From an uncultured Chlamydiae bacterium (GTDB lineage: Bacteria; Chlamydiota; Chlamydiia; Chlamydiales; SM23-39): a DNA stretch of 64,000 nt. The notes below the pieces were generated by a model. It had not been told where the DNA came from and searched no databases. It saw only the letters and a program-made list of their open reading frames with translations. The stretch is from the NCBI GenBank assembly GCA_963828125.1, contig CAWHDP010000002.1, positions 1,056,001-1,120,000 on the forward strand. Reading direction: 5' to 3'. Positions 10,895 through 19,148 of the stretch are shown piece after piece; position 1 is the stretch's first letter, and every line of letters starts with the position of its first letter. Both the position numbers and the translations under genes were made by a program.

Positions 10895-10936
10895 CTGAAA
10901 ATCCTTGTGTCGCTGGTTCGATTCCAGTTCTGGCCA
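10895..10936 (+). pseudogene. 3' half of tRNA-Phe(GAA), att-site remnant
   Basis: CTGAAAATCCTTGTGTCGCTGGTTCGATTCCAGTTCTGGCCA: anticodon loop, T-arm and acceptor 3' strand, with no D-arm upstream. Confidence 0.8.
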
Positions 10937-10995
10937 CATCACCGGAGACATTTTCAGAAATGGCAATGTCTTCGGCTTTTTCATTTTCTAACCCA

Positions 10996-11368
10996 TTATT
11001 TTTCTGTTTCCTCCCTTATAAATGCAAGTGATTTGAAAATAAGAGGATGGTGAGAATAGCTATGATTGCCAATTTCATGGCCTTCCTCATGAATTTGCCG
11101 CGCGAGGGCTGGGAACCGCTCAGCATTTTGTCCTAGCAAAAAGAAGGTCGCGGGTATTCCCTTCGAATGAAGAATTTTTAAACTCTTCTGTGTGCTGGGA
11201 AGGACCATCGTCAAAAGTTAAGGCAACCACTTTCATCGGAGTATTTACACGATGAATGCATTTTCCTAAAATTTGTGAAGACCGATGGCTCTTGAACCAT
11301 GCGAAGGAAGCATAAGAAAACGCCATTAATACGACAACCAGACCAGTCCAAAATATTTTTCTCTTCAT
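10996..11368 (-). pseudogene. Polysaccharide deacetylase (NodB/CE4), frameshifted and truncated
   Basis: VALTFDDGP in one frame; ATFFLLG and HEIGNHSYSH in another. Confidence 0.85.
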
Positions 11369-11430
11369 GATTATACCATTGTAAAAAAACGAGAGTTTTA
11401 TTGGAAATTTAAAGGGATTAGGCCTAAGAT

Positions 11431-11898
11431 TTGCGATACATAGAGCCAAACAAAGACAAGATTGCCAAAGGCCTCTTGGAGTCAAAATCCTTAATGCACA
11501 TGCCTGGCTGGGAATCCGTGATGGGTCTACAATTTGAAAACCTTGTCGTAAACAACCTAAAAAGTCTCTGCAAGATTCTTCGCATCGATCTAATTGAGAT
11601 TGCCAACGCAGGCCCATTCTTTCAAAGAGCCACAAAACGCCAGAAAGGCTGCCAAATCGATCTAATGATTCAGACTAGGCACAATGCCCTCTATGTGTGC
11701 GAAATCAAATTCAGCACCTCGGAAATCAAAAGCCTCGTGATTGAAGAAATGGAGAGAAAAGTCGAAAGTCTATCTACTCCAAAAGGATTCTCAATTAGGC
11801 CGGTCCTCATCCACGTTAACGGAGTATCTCAAGCTATAAAGGATAGTGAAGTTTTTAATGATATAATCGACTTTTCCCAATTTTTTAGCCAAACATAG
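11431..11898 (+). pseudogene. C-terminal fragment of an AAA-ATPase/PD-(D/E)XK (DUF234-like) protein
   Basis: GLQFENLV...QIDLMIQ...YVCEIKFS; the ATPase domain is missing. Confidence 0.7.
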
Positions 11899-11901
11899 CA
11901 T

Positions 11902-12228
11902 CTATTCATCACAAGAAAGGTGCATCATGGCATGGATATCCCAATCCACCGCTTCATATTTTAGATGCAACTTGCGTGACTCCGGTGTATTCAAGTGCTT
12001 CGTCAAATAATCTTCAAGATTCGTCTTCAACATGTGCTTTACAACAGAATCCGGCCATTCCCAAATATGCAGGTTACGATGAATACCATAAATAAAGTGA
12101 TAGCACTCCCTCTTGATGTCATCATACGCAACAATATCAACGAGCTGGTTATCACGATCTGGAAAAGCATTCAGTTGGTCAGCCACACCAAAAACAAGAA
12201 TTATTGCTAACAGCCTGGAAACACTCAT
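11902..12228 (-). CDS. Small hypothetical exported protein
   Basis: Signal-peptide-like N-terminus; 4-nt overlap with the upstream par partner gene. Confidence 0.55.
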   Translation of the reverse strand: MSVSRLLAIILVFGVADQLNAFPDRDNQLVDIVAYDDIKRECYHFIYGIHRNLHIWEWPDSVVKHMLKTNLEDYLTKHLNTPESRKLHLKYEAVDWDIHAMMHLSCDE

Positions 12229-12647
12229 ATAGCACTCGTGTTATTGCTATCAAGCTTGCTGTAAAACTTACTCAACTCTTTCTTAAACTTAAAGTCTTTG
12301 ATCGCTTCCTCGATCGCCTGTTCAACGATATCGGTCTTAGAGATTTTCTTATCTCCCCTAAGCTTTCGGATTTCAATCCAGCAGTCCTCAAGTTCACCAA
12401 GAACTGCCTTAGAAAGATTAAAGGTAGCCTTTTCCTTTTCGACCAGAACCTCGCCGAACCCTTCAGGCGGCTCCATCCCATCAAAATGAGCTTGCTTTAT
12501 TGTTTTATTGCTAACTTGTTTGATTTCTTTCTTGGAAGACAGCTTTATTGCTTGCGTGCTTTCTTGCTCTACAGCAACCTGGCTTTCTGGTTTTATTGTT
12601 TCTCCCATCAAGGCTCCAAGAATATCTGGAGTCGCTTTTCTGTTCAT
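12225..12647 (-). CDS. Putative ParA partner (centromere-binding, RHH-like C-terminus)
   Basis: Coupled to parA; low-complexity N-terminus, then KATFNLS...ISKTDIVEQAIEEAI. Confidence 0.6.
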   Translation of the reverse strand: MNRKATPDILGALMGETIKPESQVAVEQESTQAIKLSSKKEIKQVSNKTIKQAHFDGMEPPEGFGEVLVEKEKATFNLSKAVLGELEDCWIEIRKLRGDKKISKTDIVEQAIEEAIKDFKFKKELSKFYSKLDSNNTSAI

Positions 12648-13384
12648 GATGCCATTACCTTTTGAACTGTGGATTTGTAATCTTGCGCGCCGGTTGATCG
12701 GGGAGCGTACTCAAAAATAGTCTGACCAAACCCACTTGCCTCAGAAATGCGCGAGCAGTAGCGAATAGGAGCGCAAAGGATCGGTTTGTAGTGCTTCTCA
12801 AGCAAAGCCATGATCTCTTTAGATTTCTTTACGCGCCCATCAGCAAAGGCAGGCAAAAGGTAGCTATGCTTGAGTCCTGGGTTAAACTTTCGCACCCCTT
12901 CTAGTCGTTGGGTGAATTCGGCAAGACTATTCAAGCTGAGGGCCTCCAATGACACAGGAACGAGAATCTCGGTGCAGTAGAAAAGGGCATTGATGGTCAA
13001 GCTGTCCCAAGATGGGGCAGTATCAACCAGGACGAAGTCGAACTTGCCCTCAATGGTGGAGAGGGCATCAGAAAGCGTCTTCTCGGCCCCAAAATCTTTC
13101 CGGCCAATCGACCGCTTAACCCCAGACAAAGCTTTCCCTCCAGCTAAAATAAAAAGGTTCGGCCTGGCCTCATGCATCGCCTCAAGAGGGGAGACCTCCT
13201 CATTCAAGACATCCGCAAGCCCGTGCTTTGGGCTAACCCCAAGAAGGTAGCTATCCTGCCCTTGGTCGTCGGAATCGATCAGAAGAACTTTTTTGCCAGC
13301 CATCGCGAGCCCATGAGCAAGCGATACCGCTGAAGTTGACTTGGCGACACCGCCCTTGCTTAGTGATATGCAAATCTTTCTCAT
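12644..13384 (-). CDS. parA: ParA/Soj-family partition ATPase
   Basis: KGGVAKS deviant Walker A, VLLIDSDDQG, FVLVDTAP. Confidence 0.92.
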   Translation of the reverse strand: MRKICISLSKGGVAKSTSAVSLAHGLAMAGKKVLLIDSDDQGQDSYLLGVSPKHGLADVLNEEVSPLEAMHEARPNLFILAGGKALSGVKRSIGRKDFGAEKTLSDALSTIEGKFDFVLVDTAPSWDSLTINALFYCTEILVPVSLEALSLNSLAEFTQRLEGVRKFNPGLKHSYLLPAFADGRVKKSKEIMALLEKHYKPILCAPIRYCSRISEASGFGQTIFEYAPRSTGAQDYKSTVQKVMAS

Positions 13385-13391
13385 GTTTGCT

Positions 13392-13580
13392 TTATGGTTT
13401 TATTGCTTTATTGTTTTCTTCCATTCTCTTCACGATCCACCCCTCTAAAGCAGTGCGCTCGAATTTCCATGCACGCCCCATCCGAAAGGCGGGGATTTCC
13501 CCAGATTTCACAAGTTTGTAGAGGGTAATCCGCTTGGTTTTCAGCAGAGAGCAGGCCTCTTTCGTTGTCAAAATCTCCAT
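13392..13580 (-). CDS. Excisionase-like HTH_17 DNA-binding protein
   Basis: LTTKEACSLLK...TLYKLVKSGEIPAFRMGRAWKF. Confidence 0.85.
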   Translation of the reverse strand: MEILTTKEACSLLKTKRITLYKLVKSGEIPAFRMGRAWKFERTALEGWIVKRMEENNKAIKP

Positions 13581-14006
13581 CTAAAACTCCCTCTTTTGAT
13601 CTAAGTCATACATTAAAGAACTGATTTATACAATACAGAAATCAGCGCCTACTCTATGATTTCATAGACAAAACGGGGGAACTGTGCTGAACCGATTATT
13701 TTTATTTCTTCAGGCGATCACGATGCTTTCCTTATGCGGCTTCCTGGGCTTCTCCGGCTTTTTTTGTGAGAAGGAGAGAACGCCAGGAAGGAAAAAAAAT
13801 AGGAGAATCCACAACAATCATTTACAGCTATCAATTTAAAAATTAGGCGGTTACAGCCAAGGATCTGTTGATTGTCTTGAATGATTCTAGGCTAAAATAA
13901 ATCATTGCTGTCCCATTCGTGTCCCACGGATCTCTCTTCATTTATCAGCAACCTAACTACAGTAACGGTTCAAAAGGTCCCAAAGCCCCCTTTTTAAAAC
14001 AAGGGA

Positions 14007-14054
14007 ACCCGGAAGCACTTGACTTCCGGGTAGCTTCCGGGTTATCTTCCGGGT
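14007..14054 (+). promoter_or_regulatory. Repeat operator/promoter of the AlbA_2 gene
   Basis: CTTCCGGGT x3 direct (14023, 14034, 14046) plus an inverted copy (14007), overlapping TTGACT-N18-TATCTT. Confidence 0.6.
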
Positions 14055-14074
14055 ACTTATTTTGAGAAAAGGCC

Positions 14075-15421
14075 ATGATAGAGGAATTACTCCAACAAGA
14101 AGAAGGAAAAACCTTAGAGTTCAAAGAAAACAGCAAGAGCTTGGATAGGATTATCCATACAATCATCGCCTTCGCGAATACCGCGGGAGGAAAGGTTCTG
14201 ATTGGGGTCAAGGATAAGACGAAAGAGATCGTTGGACTACAAGACCCCGTCGAAGAAGAGATGCGGCTTGCAAATGCCATTGCGGACTCTATAGAGCCTC
14301 TTTTCAATCCAGACATTCACGTAGTATCATGGAGAAATAAAGAGTTTTTGCTCATTCAAGTGCCCCATAGCGTAGGCCCCTACTATGCGAAGGTAAAAGG
14401 ATTGAAAAAGGGAACTTACATTCGACTTGGATCTACAAATCGCTTGGCCGATGCGGCCATTTTAGCAGAGTTAGAGAGACTGGGAGAGAACGAATGCTTC
14501 GATGAGATGCCGACCACTGGTTGCTCTATCCAAGCTCTTGATCTTGAGGCCATCAAGGCGTGCTTTAAAAAAGTGGGTAAGAAATTCGAGGAATCCACGG
14601 CCTTCTCCCTTCATCTGTATCTGAAAAAGCAGTCTAAATCGATTCCAAGCAAGGGGGCTATCCTATTGTTTGGCAAAAACCGAAAGGAACTCTTCCCTCA
14701 TGCGACTATTCGCTGCGTTCGCTTTTCGGGGATAGCCAGAGATGAAGTCTTGGATCATCAGGATATCGACGACTATCTACCACTGGCCTTGGATAAAATT
14801 ATCTCATTTGTGCAACGCAATACCAAGTTGGGCGCCGAGATTGGCCCATCGATCCGAAAAAATATCGCAGAATATCCACCCGTCGTAGTGAAAGAGGCCG
14901 TTACCAATGCTTTAATCCATACAGACTACAGCGCCGCCGGGAGCCAAACTCAAGTGGCTATCTTTGATGACCGGATCGAGATCACAAATCCAGGGGCCCT
15001 GCCCTTTGGGCTCAATTTAGAAGACGCCCTCCAAGGAGTCTCTCAACTGAGAAACAGAGTCATCGGCCGTTGCTTCCGAGAACTGGAACTAATCGAGCTT
15101 TGGGGATCTGGCTTGAAGCGAATGATTTCTCAATGTCAAAAATCGGGGATAGCGATTCCGAAGTTTGAAGAATTAGGCCATTTTTTCCGTGTTACCCTAT
15201 TTAATCGCAGGGAAGCAGTCCTCGTGATTCGTGGATGGAGAAAAGATCTAATGGATCTGATTGCAAAACGCAAGGAGGTCACTACAAAGGATGCTGCAAC
15301 CTTTTGGAAGATCTCGGATCGCGCAGCAAGAGTTCGCCTCAAAAAAATGGTCGAAGAGGGTCTTATTGCTGCAATATCCACCCACGCCTTTGATCCTCAA
15401 AAGAAATTCGTTCTCAAGTGA
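14075..15421 (+). CDS. AlbA_2 (Schlafen-like) + HATPase_c_4 + winged-HTH protein
   Basis: EGKTLEFK, IAFANTAGGKVLIGV, EAVTNALIHTDY, IEITNPG, LRNRVI, ELWGSG. Confidence 0.88.
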   Translation: MIEELLQQEEGKTLEFKENSKSLDRIIHTIIAFANTAGGKVLIGVKDKTKEIVGLQDPVEEEMRLANAIADSIEPLFNPDIHVVSWRNKEFLLIQVPHSVGPYYAKVKGLKKGTYIRLGSTNRLADAAILAELERLGENECFDEMPTTGCSIQALDLEAIKACFKKVGKKFEESTAFSLHLYLKKQSKSIPSKGAILLFGKNRKELFPHATIRCVRFSGIARDEVLDHQDIDDYLPLALDKIISFVQRNTKLGAEIGPSIRKNIAEYPPVVVKEAVTNALIHTDYSAAGSQTQVAIFDDRIEITNPGALPFGLNLEDALQGVSQLRNRVIGRCFRELELIELWGSGLKRMISQCQKSGIAIPKFEELGHFFRVTLFNRREAVLVIRGWRKDLMDLIAKRKEVTTKDAATFWKISDRAARVRLKKMVEEGLIAAISTHAFDPQKKFVLK

Positions 15422-15467
15422 ATTAAAATTCTATTCGTTATCCAAGACAGAGGTGAATGTCGAGCTT

Positions 15468-15824
15468 TTAAAAAAGCTTCCCACCAATTTTTGCTTCAGC
15501 AAAAGGGGTAATGAAAGTGGCCTCCCCGCTTTCTGCTTTCGGATATTGCGCTCCTAAAGTCAAAACTTCTGAAAGAACGTCCCCGATTTGTCTTGGAGGA
15601 AAATTTAAGATACCAAAAACAAGTTTACCTTTGATTTCCTCAGGCTTGTGTTGAGTAAATCTTCCTACACTGGTCTTGATCCCAAATTTTCCGAAATCGA
15701 TTTTCAGTTTGTAGGCTTTCTTAGGTGCTGTAGGTTCTTCTTCAACACTGATCACCCGCCCTAGACGGATTTCCAGTTTATCGAAAGTTTCCTCTTTTGA
15801 AACGATCTCTTTTTCTTCTGTCAT
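15468..15824 (-). CDS. csaA: CsaA/Trbp111-like tRNA-binding OB-fold protein
   Basis: FDKLEIRLGRV, AYKLKIDFG, NFPPRQIGDVLSEVLTLG. Confidence 0.8.
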   Translation of the reverse strand: MTEEKEIVSKEETFDKLEIRLGRVISVEEEPTAPKKAYKLKIDFGKFGIKTSVGRFTQHKPEEIKGKLVFGILNFPPRQIGDVLSEVLTLGAQYPKAESGEATFITPFAEAKIGGKLF

Positions 15825-15834
15825 AAAACACTCC

Positions 15835-16371
15835 TTACGTATTTAATTTTCGATACATGATGCACCCATCTTGATAGCTTCCATCCGGATTCCGAACAGC
15901 CTGAGAGAGTGTGCCAACTATGTTGAATCCAAGTTTTTCATAGAGCTTTAGTGCGATGATATTTTGGCTAAGTACCATATTGAATTGCATGGCCTGAAAT
16001 CCGAGATTTTTAGCGATCTCTAGCGAGGCGGCAGCTAAAAGGGTCCCCACGCCTTGGCCTCGATGTGTTCCTCTGATCATATAGGCTGCATTGGCAATGT
16101 GGCTCGATCTCCCGGAAAAATTCGGTCTGATGTAAAAGCCGCCAACCACTTCGTTGTTCGAGGAATGACAAACATAGACATGTGAAAGGGGGGCAAAAAA
16201 TTGACGATGAAATTCCTGAAGGGAGCTGCTCTCGTAAGGAAATTGGGTACCAGAATCGACCACTTCCTGAAATACTTCGTAGAGGCCGCCTTCATCTTCT
16301 TGGCTAAATGATTTTAGAGAATAACCCAACCGAGCCAATCGTTCGTGGATCTGTGATAAAGACTCTTTCAT
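15835..16371 (-). CDS. GNAT N-acetyltransferase
   Basis: RGQGVG acetyl-CoA motif; AMQFNMVLSQNIIALKLYEKLGF. Confidence 0.9.
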   Translation of the reverse strand: MKESLSQIHERLARLGYSLKSFSQEDEGGLYEVFQEVVDSGTQFPYESSSLQEFHRQFFAPLSHVYVCHSSNNEVVGGFYIRPNFSGRSSHIANAAYMIRGTHRGQGVGTLLAAASLEIAKNLGFQAMQFNMVLSQNIIALKLYEKLGFNIVGTLSQAVRNPDGSYQDGCIMYRKLNT

Positions 16372-16859
16372 TTAGCGGTTCCGACAGCATCTTGCAGGAT
16401 CACGGAGGAATTCTTTCCTAATCGCGAGTTTTTAAGCCCTTTTGCATAAAGAGAGACTCCCTGATAAACAATCTCGATCTCCTCAGCAGTTAAAGTCAAA
16501 AGAGCCTCTTTGGTCTGATTAAATGCGATCGGTTCAAAGGCATTGAGGGTCTGTTTACCGATCTCTGTCAGTTGAAGAAACCGTTTTCTTTTGTCTTTTT
16601 CATCCAACGCGCATTTGACATACCCCTTTTTCACCGCTTTAGCAATCAATCGACTCGCAGTCGATTTATCTATCAGTAACCGATCAGCGATTTCTCCTGC
16701 CGTAGGACGCTCAAGGGAGGTTAATTCTATGAGAAGGTGACGCTCGGCCAGAGTCACGCCGATCTCGAAATAAGCATCGTTAAGAAGGCCAAGCTCACGT
16801 ACGACACTCCTTGCGTTGTGCCTCAACAGATCGACCTCTTCATTCAAAAGATTTTTCAT
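16368..16859 (-). CDS. MarR-family transcriptional regulator
   Basis: EIADRLLIDKSTASRLI...DKRKRFLQLTEIG. Confidence 0.88.
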   Translation of the reverse strand: MKNLLNEEVDLLRHNARSVVRELGLLNDAYFEIGVTLAERHLLIELTSLERPTAGEIADRLLIDKSTASRLIAKAVKKGYVKCALDEKDKRKRFLQLTEIGKQTLNAFEPIAFNQTKEALLTLTAEEIEIVYQGVSLYAKGLKNSRLGKNSSVILQDAVGTAK

Positions 16860-16869
16860 AACATACCAG

Positions 16870-16890
16870 ATAGTTGTATATTGCAACTAT
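16870..16890. promoter_or_regulatory. Palindromic putative MarR operator
   Basis: ATAGTTG-N7-CAACTAT just upstream of the marR start. Confidence 0.55.
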
Positions 16891-17764
16891 TGTGCAAGAC
16901 TCGATCTTTTATAGCAAGAGATACGACTGAATCCTCCTACCCCAACATTTGAAGAATGGCCACGGCTCAAAAGGTTCAAAATGAAAGAGAGTCCCCGCCT
17001 TTTTTCTCTTCAATGGCAGGGTTCAAAAGGTTCAAAAAGAGAAGAGCAGGAGCTTTGTTCACTAGCCTGACTTTACAAGTTAACTGAAAAAAAATCCATT
17101 TCTCGAGGAGCAAAGGAGTGTGTACTGAAAAAACAGTTGTGAATTAATTCGTAGTTTTGGTAGGCTGCCAAACCGACAGCAGCCGTTGTTCCTCCTTCGG
17201 GAAGGAAAACGAAACAGTAGAAGCAAACTAGTTTTGCCTAAAAAGTTGTCCGGTCGATTGGGTTCACCTCAGCTCTTTTTCTAAAATTGCGACAGAACCC
17301 TCAGTAACTTCAGAAGATTTCTGGGAAATGCCGTAAGATGCATCTCCGCGATCTCTATAGTAGAGGAATCAACCATGCATTTCAAAATTCAAGGCAAATG
17401 TGTTGGCTGCAAAGAAAGATATACTCCAGCCAAGGGAAAGACTCATTTACTCAAGTGTGCAGATGCTCTACGATTCTTGAAAAGCTTCGTCCTCATCGAT
17501 GGTTTGCTGCACTTTTTGAGCGACAATGAGATCCCCCAACTCCCTCGTAAGTGCCTGCACCTCCTGCTCCAGTTTTTCTAGATTTTGCTCATTATGAATC
17601 TTGTCGCTCCTGGCGATGATTTCCGAAATTTGCTCATTTATCGCTTGAATTTTGGCGATGAGGCCTTTAGAATTCTGGGTTATGTCTAATTGCATTGATC
17701 TTCTCCTTGTCTTTTGCGATTCAAAGAGTATCAGTGCTTTAGGCACTTTTTTTAAAGAAAAATT

Positions 17765-18007
17765 TTAATTTATGCGGCTACCCAGAAAATGGGAATGCGC
17801 CCCAGAATACTTAGAACAATAATCGTCCATTGCCTTTGTCTCTGTATCTTTTTCTTTGCAACCTACGCTTAAATAGTGACGCTTTAGTGAGTCGAAGACT
17901 TTTTGATGTCTAGCCGCAAGCTCAGGATCCCATGAACACTTAAATTCAACCCCGAGTAATGAAAAACCTAAAAAACATGGCAACAATAAACAAATTATCT
18001 TTTTCAT
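17765..18007 (-). CDS. Small hypothetical exported protein
   Basis: MKKIICLLLPCFLGFSLLG signal peptide. Confidence 0.5.
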   Translation of the reverse strand: MKKIICLLLPCFLGFSLLGVEFKCSWDPELAARHQKVFDSLKRHYLSVGCKEKDTETKAMDDYCSKYSGAHSHFLGSRIN

Positions 18008-18061
18008 AGCTTCACTTAAATTATATTGTTATAAAATACAAACAAATATCTAACGTCCTTA

Positions 18062-18334
18062 TCACTTCTTGAAAAGATCTGAATGCGTCCCCGTTCGCTC
18101 GAAGACTATTTCTTTTGGCGTAAGTCGGTAGATCAATAGCCAATCCGGCTCAACGTGGCATTCCCTGTGGTCTTTGTAGTCCCCTGTTAGCTTATGATCC
18201 CGATGCTTCTGTTCGAGTTGGGTTTCCTCGGCGAGTTTAGCCATTATGTCCTTCAGCTTCGACATGGGTCTGCCACGTTTTACAGCAAGCTTGACGTCGC
18301 GCTTGAATTGCGAGGTTCGAATCGGCGTGAGCAT
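18062..18334 (-). CDS. yafQ: YafQ-family mRNA interferase toxin
   Basis: FKRDVK, RDHKLTG, RECHVEPDWLLIY, RTGTHSDLF. Confidence 0.92.
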   Translation of the reverse strand: MLTPIRTSQFKRDVKLAVKRGRPMSKLKDIMAKLAEETQLEQKHRDHKLTGDYKDHRECHVEPDWLLIYRLTPKEIVFERTGTHSDLFKK

Positions 18335-18573
18335 TATATCCCGAGGTCTTCAAACAGGTCGTCAATGGTCTCAAATTTTTTTAAGTTTTTTCTTGATTCA
18401 GACTGCTTTAGAGCCTTAATAGTCACCTTATTCGGCTTCCTGTGCATGAACTCTTCAACACTCATCAAAACCAGTTCTTTCATTGAGATATCCATCATTG
18501 AAGCTACCATTTTTAGCCTCTTATGGGCCGAATGTGGCAAGTCAATCGTTAATCTGGATGCTTTGGCTGTCAT
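18334..18573 (-). CDS. RHH antitoxin (DinJ/RelB-like)
   Basis: Upstream of and overlapping yafQ; PNKVTIKAL...FETIDDLFEDL. Confidence 0.8.
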   Translation of the reverse strand: MTAKASRLTIDLPHSAHKRLKMVASMMDISMKELVLMSVEEFMHRKPNKVTIKALKQSESRKNLKKFETIDDLFEDLGI

Positions 18574-18935
18574 GGGTTTTCCATTTTTTACTCATTGTAC
18601 CACAAAATACAGAAATACAGAAATGAGAAAAAAATAATTTTCCGCGTTTTTCGTCAAAATTGGTAGAAATTACTTTGCATGTTTTGCGAAAATTTAAGCA
18701 TTCCAACGCTTTCTGGTATTGAGTATCCCACTGATGATCATGGAGGCCATTCCGCGCGTTAGCTCATCGATCCCATCCTTGAACCCGCATGACCGAATAA
18801 TCGACTTCTGCCCTCCGGTGATTGGCAAGTTTCGCCATTCTGCCTCAAGGTCAGATACTGCAAATAGTTTCCTATTTGCTCGTGCAAAGTCTTCAGCGGC
18901 CGCAAAAGAATAGCTCAAGTCTAACCCAACTTGGA

Positions 18936-18982
18936 CTTTCCTAGCCCCCGTTGCAATTGCTAAAAAAACCACAGGATAAATG
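18936..18982 (-). pseudogene. 47-bp integrase remnant identical to 44417-44463
   Basis: Exact nucleotide match; encodes IYPVVFLAIATGARK. Confidence 0.85.
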
Positions 18983-19148
18983 GCAACTGCTCATAAAACT
19001 GAGGTAATCACCCCGAAGCGGGGCCCCGATTACCTCGATTTCATGGGCACTGTTTTTCACCGTCTAATCTGTGTTCGTTGAATAAAAAATTTAGGTGATT
19101 GTTTTCTAAACATTTGCTATTGTATCCAGCCATACAAGGCATGCACAA

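Noticed and set aside
10716..10937. 73-aa ORF MARTGIEPATQGFS
   Set aside because: Antisense translation of the tRNA-Phe fragment
17285..17300. AATTGCGACAGAACCC, resembling an IS6-type terminal inverted repeat
   Set aside because: No partner end or transposase seen; at most a scar
17375..17746. Short convergent ORFs (a CxxC...HxxxC start; a coiled-coil possibly from a transposase N-terminus)
   Set aside because: Fragments too short to assign a family reliably
18694..18972. 92-aa ORF beginning with an integrase motif
   Set aside because: Chimera of the 47-bp integrase scrap and unrelated sequence, not a real integrase
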